DNA of 32,000 nt from assembly GCF_000195955.2 (NCBI RefSeq), contig NC_000962.3:2610001-2642000 (forward strand), read 5' to 3'. This stretch comes from Mycobacterium tuberculosis H37Rv (lineage in GTDB: Bacteria > Actinomycetota > Actinomycetes > Mycobacteriales > Mycobacteriaceae). The notes beneath the pieces are model-generated. The model worked only from the letters and a program-made list of their open reading frames with translations, was not told where the DNA came from and searched no databases. The position numbers were made by a program, and so were the translations under genes. Each line of letters begins with the position of its first letter. Within the stretch, counting starts at the first letter, position 1. This document shows, in pieces, positions 24,099 through 32,000 of this stretch.

Positions 24099-24527
24099 CG
24101 CAACCCCAAACCAGCCAGCCGCCTCAACGGCTCCGCCTACCACTCTCCAGACACAAACCAGCCCACGGGCGGATGGTAAGACAATCCACACCGAAAATCC
24201 GCACTTTTACCAAAACTTTATTCATGAATTCGGCATGAGCCGTTCACGCCGGCACGTCACCGCCGCCAGCCACCGGGCAAGTGTCTAGTAACTGGACACC
24301 GGAAGGCAGCCACCGGGCAGGCCTCGCCGCAATCCGCAGCTACACGGCTCGCGATATTTCCGGGCCAGAGTTTTAGCCACCGCGAGCCATCAGCAACTCG
24401 CGTAAAGACTGCGCGAAGCCAACGAAAAAATAAGGCGGCAAAAATATCCCGTCAGACGGTCACGTCATACCGAGTGAGGTAACCGTGATTAGACCAACTA
24501 CATCGCACTACCGAACGGAAACCACCA

Positions 24528-25592
24528 CTATCCGAACAAGTTCTTGAAGAAACCCGAAAGCCCATTGCCGCTGACCAGCAGGCCCGAGTTGCCCGTCCCA
24601 AAATTGAAAAATCCCGAACTCATCACGCCGGTCACAAAAATCCCGGTGTTGTTGACGGCCGCGTTATAGAAACCTGAGTTGCCGTAGCCCGTGTTGAGCA
24701 CCCCTGAGTTACCGCCGAACATGCTTGTGGTGCTGGTATTGACATAGCCCGAGTTGCCGAAGCCCGAGTTCTGAATGCCCGAGTTGCCACTGCCAGCCGG
24801 GTCGTTGTGCCCGAAACCAGAGTTACCGGTACCGGCGTTGAAGAAGCCCGAATTCGGACCAGCTTGGGTCATCGCGCTGAAGAAGCCCGTGTTGAGCGTG
24901 CCCGGATTAAACCCACCAGTATTGATGTTGCCCGAGTTCCCTAAGCCAGTGTTGACATCACCCGCATTGCCCACACCGGAGTTGACGTCGCCAGCATTGA
25001 GGAAACCACTGTTGCCGTCACCCGAATTCCCAAAACTCGAGTTTATGTTTCCGGCGTTAAGACTGCCGAAGTTGTAGTTGCCAGCGTCGAAAAAGCCTGT
25101 GTTGCCGGCGCCGGCGTTAGCGAGGCCAGTGTTTGTGCTGCCGCCGTTCCAAAATCCGGTGTTGACGTTGCCCGCGTTCCCGAATCCAGTGTTCGCAGTA
25201 CCGGAGTTCCCGAAGCCTACGTTGCCGGTGCCGGAGTTGAACAAACCGACGTTTCCGGTGCCGGAGTTCCCGAAACCGATGTTTCCGCTGCCCGAGTTCA
25301 GTCCGCCGATGCCGATCTGACCATCGCCGGTGAGCCCGATACCGATGTTGTTGTTGCCCGTGTTTCCGAAACCGAAATTCCCGCTGCCGGTGTTTCCGAA
25401 GCCGATGTTGTTACTGCCGGTATTGCCGCTACCAAAGTTGAAGTTGCCGTTGTTTCCGTTACCGAAGTTCGTGTCGCCGATGTTGCCGCTGCCCACGTTG
25501 GTGCTGCCGATGTTGCCGCTGCCCACGTTGGTGCTGCCGATGTTGCCGCTACCCAGGTTTTGGCTACCGAAGTTTCTGAACCGCCCCGGCAT
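24528..25592 (-). CDS. PPE39: PPE-MPTR protein PPE39, 5'-truncated; chimeric start codon inside the IS6110 inverted repeat
   Basis: 354-aa ORF made entirely of NxGxGNxG MPTR repeats, with no PPE domain. Its first 16 nt (25577-25592, MPGRF) are IS6110 IR-L sequence. The genuine PPE39 sequence is 24528-25576. Confidence 0.85.
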   Translation of the reverse strand: MPGRFRNFGSQNLGSGNIGSTNVGSGNIGSTNVGSGNIGDTNFGNGNNGNFNFGSGNTGSNNIGFGNTGSGNFGFGNTGNNNIGIGLTGDGQIGIGGLNSGSGNIGFGNSGTGNVGLFNSGTGNVGFGNSGTANTGFGNAGNVNTGFWNGGSTNTGLANAGAGNTGFFDAGNYNFGSLNAGNINSSFGNSGDGNSGFLNAGDVNSGVGNAGDVNTGLGNSGNINTGGFNPGTLNTGFFSAMTQAGPNSGFFNAGTGNSGFGHNDPAGSGNSGIQNSGFGNSGYVNTSTTSMFGGNSGVLNTGYGNSGFYNAAVNNTGIFVTGVMSSGFFNFGTGNSGLLVSGNGLSGFFKNLFG

Positions 25593-25604
25593 GTCCGGAG
25601 ACTC
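25577..25604. repeat. IS6110 left 28-bp terminal inverted repeat
   Basis: Matches the reverse complement of 26904-26931 at 25 of 28 positions. The central CAT vs TGA gives the 3 mismatches. Confidence 0.95.
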
Positions 25605-25627
25605 CAGTTCTTGGAAAGGATGGGGTC

Positions 25628-25954
25628 ATGTCAGGTGGTTCATCGAGGAGGTACCCGCCGGAGCTGCGTGAGCGGGCGGTGCGGATGGTCGCAGAGATCC
25701 GCGGTCAGCACGATTCGGAGTGGGCAGCGATCAGTGAGGTCGCCCGTCTACTTGGTGTTGGCTGCGCGGAGACGGTGCGTAAGTGGGTGCGCCAGGCGCA
25801 GGTCGATGCCGGCGCACGGCCCGGGACCACGACCGAAGAATCCGCTGAGCTGAAGCGCTTGCGGCGGGACAACGCCGAATTGCGAAGGGCGAACGCGATT
25901 TTAAAGACCGCGTCGGCTTTCTTCGCGGCCGAGCTCGACCGGCCAGCACGCTAA
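25628..25954 (+). CDS. IS6110 transposase OrfA (HTH part)
   Basis: 108 aa, MSGGSSRRYPPELRERAVRMVAEIRGQHDSEWAAISEVARLLGVGCAETVRKWVRQAQ (IS3-family HTH). Confidence 0.95.
   Translation: MSGGSSRRYPPELRERAVRMVAEIRGQHDSEWAAISEVARLLGVGCAETVRKWVRQAQVDAGARPGTTTEESAELKRLRRDNAELRRANAILKTASAFFAAELDRPAR
25900..25906 (+). promoter_or_regulatory. Programmed -1 ribosomal frameshift heptamer U UUA AAG
   Basis: orfA is in frame ..att tta aag.. . A slip to ttt aaa enters the orfB frame, which has no stop from this point on. Confidence 0.75.
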
Positions 25955-26889
25955 TTACCCGGTTCATCGCCGATCATCAGGGCCACCGCGAGGGCCCCGA
26001 TGGTTTGCGGTGGGGTGTCGAGTCGATCTGCACACAGCTGACCGAGCTGGGTGTGCCGATCGCCCCATCGACCTACTACGACCACATCAACCGGGAGCCC
26101 AGCCGCCGCGAGCTGCGCGATGGCGAACTCAAGGAGCACATCAGCCGCGTCCACGCCGCCAACTACGGTGTTTACGGTGCCCGCAAAGTGTGGCTAACCC
26201 TGAACCGTGAGGGCATCGAGGTGGCCAGATGCACCGTCGAACGGCTGATGACCAAACTCGGCCTGTCCGGGACCACCCGCGGCAAAGCCCGCAGGACCAC
26301 GATCGCTGATCCGGCCACAGCCCGTCCCGCCGATCTCGTCCAGCGCCGCTTCGGACCACCAGCACCTAACCGGCTGTGGGTAGCAGACCTCACCTATGTG
26401 TCGACCTGGGCAGGGTTCGCCTACGTGGCCTTTGTCACCGACGCCTACGCTCGCAGGATCCTGGGCTGGCGGGTCGCTTCCACGATGGCCACCTCCATGG
26501 TCCTCGACGCGATCGAGCAAGCCATCTGGACCCGCCAACAAGAAGGCGTACTCGACCTGAAAGACGTTATCCACCATACGGATAGGGGATCTCAGTACAC
26601 ATCGATCCGGTTCAGCGAGCGGCTCGCCGAGGCAGGCATCCAACCGTCGGTCGGAGCGGTCGGAAGCTCCTATGACAATGCACTAGCCGAGACGATCAAC
26701 GGCCTATACAAGACCGAGCTGATCAAACCCGGCAAGCCCTGGCGGTCCATCGAGGATGTCGAGTTGGCCACCGCGCGCTGGGTCGACTGGTTCAACCATC
26801 GCCGCCTCTACCAGTACTGCGGCGACGTCCCGCCGGTCGAACTCGAGGCTGCCTACTACGCTCAACGCCAGAGACCAGCCGCCGGCTGA
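25900..26889 (+). CDS. IS6110 transposase OrfB (DDE integrase part), expressed as an OrfAB fusion by -1 frameshift
   Basis: The -1 frame is open from the slippery site (FKDRVGFLRGRARPASTLITRFIADHQGHREGPDGLRWGVESICTQL...), as I read by hand. The ORF track lists only 26005..26889, from an internal TTG. It has rve-type DDE motifs (HHTDRGSQYTS, SYDNALAE). Confidence 0.9.
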   Translation, partial: FKDRVGFLRGRARPASTLITRFIADHQGHREGPDGLRWGVESICTQLTELGVPIAPSTYYDHINREPSRRELRDGELKEHISRVHAANYGVYGARKVWLTLNREGIEVARCTVERLMTKLGLSGTTRGKARRTTIADPATARPADLVQRRFGPPAPNRLWVADLTYVSTWAGFAYVAFVTDAYARRILGWRVASTMATSMVLDAIEQAIWTRQQEGVLDLKDVIHHTDRGSQYTSIRFSERLAEAGIQPSVGAVGSSYDNALAETINGLYKTELIKPGKPWRSIEDVELATARWVDWFNHRRLYQYCGDVPPVELEAAYYAQRQRPAAG

Positions 26890-26903
26890 GGTCTCAGATC
26901 AGA

Positions 26904-26931
26904 GAGTCTCCGGACTCACCGGGGCGGTTCA
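26904..26931. repeat. IS6110 right 28-bp terminal inverted repeat
   Basis: Reverse complement of IR-L with 3 mismatches. Confidence 0.95.
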
Positions 26932-26949
26932 ACACCGAAAAATTCACCA
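26932..26949 (-). pseudogene. PPE39: Orphaned first 6 codons (GTG-GTG-AAT-TTT-TCG-GTG = MVNFSV) of the PPE39 5' end
   Basis: Identical to the first 18 nt of PPE40 (29518-29535). It abuts IS6110 IR-R directly. Confidence 0.7.
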
Positions 26950-27028
26950 CTACCGCCCCTCCTCTAACAAATCATTCTCAACCGCACCCCCGCGCGTTAC
27001 CCCAAACGACACGCGGACACCCGTCACC
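26932..27028. repeat. 97-bp direct repeat, copy 1 (PPE 5' end plus upstream leader)
   Basis: Compared by hand and identical to 29517-29613: acaccgaaaaattcaccactaccgcccctcctctaacaaatcattctcaaccgcacccccgcgcgttaccccaaacgacacgcggacacccgtcacc. Confidence 0.9.
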
Positions 27029-27687
27029 GAGACGTCCTACGTTGTCTGGGCGCCAAACCGGCTCGATCCCCGACTTGGCTCACGATTCGCGGCTCAGCAT
27101 TAATAGAGCCCGTTGACCTGTGAGTTTGCTTGGTGACGGGTCGAAAATTGTGCACTTGATGCACTCAGGAGTACCTGGACGCCCGGACGGCCAACCGGGG
27201 CGCCGCCGAACCACGGTGGCGCGCCAGATGACTCAATTGACCCGAGTGCTGCTCCCGCTGTCCGTACCGCTCTTTCGTCACGTCCGCAACACTGGCCCTC
27301 GCCGTCGGCGATGGTCGCTGTGCCCACCTTAGCGCGACAACTCGGTTTCTGCAGGTCAACGCCCGCCTCCAATCCCGCACAGCCACGACCAACTCGGGAA
27401 CAAAACCGCCGGTCAGGCAGCTGTCGCTGAGAGCCGGGCACATCGGGTGTCGCCCGGTACAGTGACACATGTGACCGTTGCGACCGTGCGATGTGCCCGA
27501 CGCTCGATGCGCACCAATTCGAACCAACTCAGGTCTTACGCTGCCTGGACGCCGAACTAGCTCGATCCAGCGCCGACCCGCACCCCACTACCGGCATCTG
27601 AAGGTGAGCCAGAGACGCGTCGACCAGGAAGAACCGTGGCCGCACGGGTCACCCGGGCACACCCAACCGGGCCGTGGCAAGTGCCGA

Positions 27688-29535
27688 CTACCTGAAGAAT
27701 CCCGAAAGTCCTACACCCGCATTGAAAGCACCGGAGTTCTGGCTACCCGAATTTACCGCACCCGAACTGTCGTCACCCGAGTTGGAGATACCGGCGAGGT
27801 TGTTACCCGAGTTTGCAATTCCTGCATTGAAAGAGCCAATGTTTGCAAACCCGGAGTTGAAGCCAGGAAGCATGGCTGGGCCGGCGTTGGAGAAGCCCGA
27901 ATTACCGTTGCCTGTGTTGAAGAACCCGGAGTTGCCGGTGCCCGAGGGGTCACTGTTCCCCCAACCCGAGTTGCCGGTACCGAGGTTCCCGAAGCCCGAG
28001 TTGGCACCTGCTTGGGTGAGCGCGCTGCCAAAACCGGTGTTGACGTTGCCGCCATTGAAACCACCGGTGTTGATATCTCCACCGTTAAAGAAACCGGTGT
28101 TGACGTTACCTGCGTTCGCGAAACCGGTGTTCGAGTCACCCGCATTGAAGAAGCCGGTGTTTCCAGCACCCGAATTTCCGAAGCCGGTGTTCTGAAAGCC
28201 CACGTTGAAGCTGCCCGAGTTTGAGTTCCCGCCGTCGAAGATACCGACGTTTCCGTTGCCGGCACTCCCGAAGCCCGTGTTTAAATTGCCTGCGTTCCAG
28301 AAACCGGTGTTGATATTTCCGGCGTTCCCGAAACCCGTGTTGCCGTCACCCGAGTTGAAGAAGCCGATGTTTCCATCACCCGAGTTGAAGAAGCCGATGT
28401 TGTTGTTGCCGGAGTTTCCGAAGCCGATGTTTCCAGTGCCTGAGTTCAGTCCGCCGATGCCGATCTGACCATCACCGGTGAGCCCGATACCGATATTGTT
28501 GTTGCCCGTGTTTCCGAAACCGAAATTCCCGCTGCCGGTGTTTCCGAACCCAAAGTTGAGGGTGCCATTATTCCCGCCGCCAAAGTTGAAGTCGCCGGTG
28601 TTCCCGCCGCCGAAATTGACATCACCGTTATTTCCGTTGGCGAGGTTGAGCGTGCCGAAGTTTCCGCTGCCCACATTGAGGCTGCCGATATTTCCGCTGC
28701 CGAAGTTTCCGCTGCCGAAGTTTCCGCTGCCAGGGTTGTAGTCACCCGTGTTTCCGCTGCCGGCATTGCCGGTACCGGTGTTTCCGCTGCCCCAGTTCAG
28801 GCTGCCGTAGTTCCCGCTGCCCAGGTTGGTGCCGCCGACATTGCCACTGCCCACGTTGGTACCGCCGATGTTGCCGCTGCCCAGGTTGAGGCTGCCGATG
28901 TTGCCGACACCCAAATTCAAGGTCAGCTCGGCGAGGCCTTGTGCAGCGCCTTGTGCAGCGGCCGCCGGTGCGTTAGCCGCACCGCCTAGCAAGCCCGACA
29001 AGCCCGGCACCGCCTGCTGCCATGGCGCCAACGCCGCCGCCGCCGCCGATGCCCCACCGTGATAACCCACCATCGCCGCCACATCGGCAGCCCACATCTG
29101 CTCATAGGTGGCCTCAGCAGCGGCAATCGCCGGCGCATTCTGCCCAAACACATTCGACAGCACCAACTGCACAAACGCACTGCGATTAGCCGCCACCACC
29201 ACCGGATCCACCATGGCCGCCCGCGCCGCCTCAAACGCGCCGGCCACCGCCTTAGCCTGAACCGCAGCCCCCCCAGCCCGCGCCGCCGCAGCAGCCAACC
29301 ACCCCGCATACGGCGCCGCCGCCACCACCATCGCCGCCGCCGCCGCACCCTGCCACGCCTGACCCGACCCACCCGCCAGACCCGAGGTCACCAACCCAAA
29401 CGACTCCGCCGCCAACCCCAACTCAGCCGCCAACCCATCCCAGGCCGCCGCCGCCGCCAACATCGGCCCCGACCCCGCACCAAAAAACATCCGCCCCGAA
29501 TTAATCTCCGGCGGCAACACCGAAAAATTCACCAC
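27688..29535 (-). CDS. PPE40: PPE-MPTR protein PPE40
   Basis: 615 aa with a GTG start at 29535. PPE domain [26 protein letters not shown], followed by long NxGxGNxG MPTR repeats. Confidence 0.92.
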   Translation of the reverse strand: MVNFSVLPPEINSGRMFFGAGSGPMLAAAAAWDGLAAELGLAAESFGLVTSGLAGGSGQAWQGAAAAAMVVAAAPYAGWLAAAAARAGGAAVQAKAVAGAFEAARAAMVDPVVVAANRSAFVQLVLSNVFGQNAPAIAAAEATYEQMWAADVAAMVGYHGGASAAAAALAPWQQAVPGLSGLLGGAANAPAAAAQGAAQGLAELTLNLGVGNIGSLNLGSGNIGGTNVGSGNVGGTNLGSGNYGSLNWGSGNTGTGNAGSGNTGDYNPGSGNFGSGNFGSGNIGSLNVGSGNFGTLNLANGNNGDVNFGGGNTGDFNFGGGNNGTLNFGFGNTGSGNFGFGNTGNNNIGIGLTGDGQIGIGGLNSGTGNIGFGNSGNNNIGFFNSGDGNIGFFNSGDGNTGFGNAGNINTGFWNAGNLNTGFGSAGNGNVGIFDGGNSNSGSFNVGFQNTGFGNSGAGNTGFFNAGDSNTGFANAGNVNTGFFNGGDINTGGFNGGNVNTGFGSALTQAGANSGFGNLGTGNSGWGNSDPSGTGNSGFFNTGNGNSGFSNAGPAMLPGFNSGFANIGSFNAGIANSGNNLAGISNSGDDSSGAVNSGSQNSGAFNAGVGLSGFFR

Positions 29536-29613
29536 TACCGCCCCTCCTCTAACAAATCATTCTCAACCGCACCCCCGCGCGTTACCCCAAACGACACGCG
29601 GACACCCGTCACC
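29517..29613. repeat. 97-bp direct repeat, copy 2 (PPE40 start plus upstream leader)
   Basis: Identical to 26932-27028. The copies diverge immediately after ..cccgtcacc. Confidence 0.9.
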
Positions 29614-29672
29614 ACGGCGCCGCCCACCCAGCGGCCACCACAGCTCACCGGGTCGTGCCCGGACCGGGGCTG

Positions 29673-31064
29673 CTAGCTGCCCTTGAGCCGCACCGCGAGA
29701 TAGTCGGCCACGCTGCTCATCGCAACCCGGTCCTGCGTCATGGCGTCACGCTCCCGCACGGTGACGGCATTGTCCTGCAGCGAGTCGAAGTCAACCGTCA
29801 CACAGAACGGGGTACCGACCTCGTCCTGGCGCCGGTAACGCCGCCCGATAGCGCCGGCATCATCGAAATCGATGTTCCAGCATTTCCGTAATTCGGCGCC
29901 CAGGTCCCGGGCCTTCGGGCTCAGGTCCGCGTGCCGGGACAGCGGCAACACCGCCGCCTTGACCGGCGCCAGCCGCGGGTCCAATCGCAGCACCGTGCGC
30001 TTATCCATCCCACCCTTGGTATTCGGGGCCTCGTCCTCGGTGTACGCGTCGATCAAAAACGCCATGAATGACCGGGTCAAGCCAGCTGCCGGCTCGATGA
30101 CGTACGGCGTGTACCGAACATCGTTGATCTGGTCGTAGAAAGACAGGTCGACGCCGGAATGCCGCGCATGCGTCGATAGGTCAAAATCGGTTCGGTTGGC
30201 CACACCTTCCAGTTCACCCCATGGATTGCCCATGAAGCCGAACTTGTACTCGATGTCGACGGTGCGGTCGGAGTAATGTGACAACTTGTCTTTGGGGTGC
30301 TCCCACAACCGCAGGTTCTCCCGACGAATACCCAGGTCGATATACCACTGCAGCCGGTTGTCGATCCAGTACTGATGCCATTCCTTGGCAGTCGCCGGCT
30401 CGACGAAGAACTCCATCTCCATCTGCTCGAACTCGCGGGTCCGGAAGATGAAGTTGCCCGGAGTGATCTCGTTGCGAAAGCTCTTGCCGATCTGTCCGAT
30501 ACCGAATGGCGGCTTCTTACGAGCAGTTGTCACCACGTTGGCAAAGTTCACGAAGATGCCCTGCGCGGTTTCCGGGCGCAGATAGTGCAGCCCCTCCTCG
30601 GTCTCGATGGGTCCGAGGTAGGTCTTGAGCATCATGTTGAACTCGCGTGGCTGCGTCCACTGGCCGGGTTCGCCGGTTTCCGGGTCGCGAATGTCGGCCA
30701 ACCCGTTAGGCGGCGGATGCCCGTGTTTGGCTTCGTAGGCCTCGATGAGATGGTCGGCCCGGTAGCGCTTATGTGTGATCAGCGACTCGACCAGCGGGTC
30801 ATGAAAGACATCGACGTGACCGGAAGCCACCCACACCTCACGCGGCAGGATGATCGACGAATCGATTCCGACAACGTCGTCGCGGCCAGTCACCACCGAT
30901 CGCCACCACTGGCGCTTGATGTTCTCTTTGAGCTCAACCCCTAGCGGACCATAGTCCCACGCCGACTTTGTGCCGCCGTAGATCTCGCCCGACGGATAGA
31001 CGAAGCCTCGCCGTTTGGCTAGGTTGACCACGGTGTCGATGACGGGCGCCACGGGGTGGTGCAC
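29673..31064 (-). CDS. glyS: Glycine--tRNA ligase (class II, dimeric GlyQS type)
   Basis: Contains [33 protein letters not shown] and [26 protein letters not shown] use the GTG at 31064 (463 aa). The ATG at 31127 (484 aa) is an alternative. Confidence 0.93.
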
Positions 31065-31163
31065 TCCCTTCGAGGGATCGGGCAGACGCGCGCAGCCCGA
31101 CACGACTACGCGCAAAACATCAGTCATGGTAGCGATCGGGACCTGGGTCTCCTATTGCCTTTG

Positions 31164-31183
31164 ACATGCATCATCATGCATGT
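31164..31183. promoter_or_regulatory. Perfect 8-4-8 palindrome ACATGCAT-catc-ATGCATGT overlapping a TTGACA hexamer; candidate SmtB/ArsR-type operator
   Basis: Read directly from the sequence. TTGACA lies at 31161-31166. The site is about 63-82 nt upstream of the smtB ATG, in the glyS/smtB divergent spacer. Confidence 0.5.
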
Positions 31184-31245
31184 GACAGTGGAGGTCAGTG
31201 GCAGGTCCTTCCTAATACGGCACTTCTCGAGGTGAAGACTCCAAT

Positions 31246-31653
31246 ATGGTGACGTCCCCCTCAACGCCGACCGCCGCCCACGAAGATGTGGGTGCCGACG
31301 AAGTAGGCGGTCACCAGCATCCCGCGGATAGGTTCGCCGAATGCCCCACGTTCCCCGCACCACCGCCGCGGGAGATCCTAGACGCTGCCGGCGAGCTGCT
31401 GCGTGCGCTGGCCGCACCGGTGCGGATCGCCATCGTGCTGCAATTGCGTGAATCTCAACGCTGCGTGCACGAACTGGTCGACGCACTGCACGTGCCCCAG
31501 CCGTTGGTCAGCCAACATCTGAAGATCCTCAAGGCGGCGGGCGTGGTCACCGGGGAGCGATCGGGCCGAGAAGTGCTGTACCGACTTGCTGACCACCACC
31601 TCGCGCACATTGTGCTCGACGCCGTCGCGCACGCCGGTGAGGACGCAATATGA
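31246..31653 (+). CDS. smtB: ArsR/SmtB-family metal-responsive repressor
   Basis: 135 aa. The winged-HTH core LRALAAPVRIAIVLQLRESQRCVHELVDALHVPQPLVSQHLKILKAAGVVTGERSGREVLYRL is typical of ArsR/SmtB. Its stop overlaps the next start (ATGA). Confidence 0.9.
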   Translation: MVTSPSTPTAAHEDVGADEVGGHQHPADRFAECPTFPAPPPREILDAAGELLRALAAPVRIAIVLQLRESQRCVHELVDALHVPQPLVSQHLKILKAAGVVTGERSGREVLYRLADHHLAHIVLDAVAHAGEDAI

Positions 31654-32000
31654 GTGCAGCCGGTGTCCGCTCTACCCGCCAGCGGGCAGCCATCTCGACA
31701 CTGTTAGAGACGCTCGACGACTTTCGTTCGGCCCAGGAACTGCACGACGAACTGCGCCGGCGCGGCGAGAACATCGGTCTGACCACCGTCTACCGCACAC
31801 TGCAGTCGATGGCATCCTCCGGACTGGTGGACACACTGCACACCGACACCGGTGAATCGGTCTACCGCAGATGCTCGGAGCACCATCACCACCATCTGGT
31901 GTGCCGCAGCTGCGGTTCCACCATCGAAGTAGGTGACCACGAGGTGGAGGCGTGGGCGGCGGAGGTGGCCACCAAACATGGATTCTCTGACGTCAGCCAC
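31650..32000 (+). CDS. zur: Zinc uptake regulator Zur (FurB), N-terminal 117 codons (3' end outside window)
   Basis: Not in the ORF track because there is no stop in the window. I translated it by hand: MSAAGVRSTRQRAAISTLLETLDDFRSAQELHDELRRRGENIGLTTVYRTLQSMASSGLVDTLHTDTGESVYRRCSEHHHHHLVCRSCGSTIEV... This is a Fur-family DNA-binding domain with HHHxHLVCxxCG metal sites. Confidence 0.9.
   Translation, partial: MSAAGVRSTRQRAAISTLLETLDDFRSAQELHDELRRRGENIGLTTVYRTLQSMASSGLVDTLHTDTGESVYRRCSEHHHHHLVCRSCGSTIEVGDHEVEAWAAEVATKHGFSDVSH

Larger units (their letters stand above)
25577..26931 (+). mobile_element. IS6110 (IS3 family), complete 1355-bp copy
   Basis: Starts TGAACCGCCCCGGCATGTCCGGAGACTC and ends GAGTCTCCGGACTCACCGGGGCGGTTCA. 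Contains orfA/orfB with a slippery site. I recognise it as IS6110. Confidence 0.98.

Noticed and set aside
22828-24179. Plus-strand ORFs 22828..23631 (267 aa) and 23628..24179 (183 aa) antisense to PPE38
   Set aside because: These are Pro/Arg-rich antisense artefacts. PPE38, with a clear PPE domain and SVP motif, occupies the minus strand.
24775-25671. Several plus-strand ORFs made of repeating PxLPxP/FPKP units, and the short-period DNA repetition in 24528-25576 and 27688-28950 (CRISPR-like at first glance)
   Set aside because: The periodicity is the 15-nt coding repeat of the PPE-MPTR motif NxGxGNxG read on the opposite strand. There are no unique spacers between constant repeats and no cas genes, so this is not a CRISPR array.
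27100-27527. Overlapping minus-strand ORFs 27100..27468 and 27165..27527 in the IS6110-PPE40 spacer
   Set aside because: They are mutually overlapping in different frames and Arg/Cys/Gly-rich, with no recognisable motif. I cannot support either as a gene, and the region remains unexplained.
27478-29676. Plus-strand ORFs 27478..28224, 27674..28195, 28205..28741 and 29059..29676 overlapping PPE40
   Set aside because: These are antisense mirror ORFs of PPE40. The similarity between 29059..29676 and 26756..27103 simply reflects the 97-bp repeat.
31065-31245. Possible T-box or other riboswitch leader upstream of glyS
   Set aside because: The leader is at most ~60-180 nt, depending on the start codon. 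I see no specifier-loop or T-box consensus (AGGGUGGNACCGCG-like) sequence.
31704-32000. 98-aa minus-strand ORF at the right edge
   Set aside because: It is antisense to the clearly recognisable zur (FurB) reading frame, so it is a mirror artefact.

Overview
I recognise this window from memory, not from a search, as Mycobacterium tuberculosis complex chromosome in the H37Rv-type arrangement, running from cysE (Rv2335) to zur (Rv2359). Reading left to right:

- **Left end:** the 3' end of cysE, then a visibly AT-richer block holding Rv2336, Rv2337c, moeW and mmpL9, then PE_PGRS39, tRNA-Asn(GUU), lppQ and Rv2342.
- **Housekeeping genes:** the dgt-dnaG pair and the TPM-domain membrane protein Rv2345.
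- **Variable RD5-type virulence block:** esxO/esxP, Rv2348c, the tandem phospholipase C genes plcC-plcB-plcA, and PPE38.
- **PPE/IS region:** a 5'-truncated PPE39 abutting a complete 1355-bp IS6110, followed by PPE40.
- **Right end:** glyS, then the smtB-zur zinc-regulator operon. zur runs off the right edge and I read it by hand because it is not in the ORF track.

Nothing here is a clear-cut new system. These are the observations most worth a second look:

1. moeW (E1-like) and Rv2337c (nitroreductase-like) form a pathway-orphan pair in the AT-rich block, with the divergently oriented Rv2336.
2. An unannotated 94-codon ORF ends in Gly-Gly-stop 4 nt upstream of the moeW start. This is suggestive, but the Gly-Gly codons are also the moeW Shine-Dalgarno sequence.
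3. Rv2348c carries a PPE-SVP motif (GGLSVPLSW). It looks like the C-terminal relic of the PPE gene expected upstream of esxP/esxO.
4. The IS6110 has no target-site duplication. It separates the first 6 codons and upstream region of PPE39 from a distant MPTR-repeat remainder, which implies an IS-mediated deletion.
5. A 97-bp exact repeat is shared by the PPE39 and PPE40 5' ends.

Many long ORFs in the track are antisense mirror ORFs of GC-rich PE/PPE repeats, and I rejected them.
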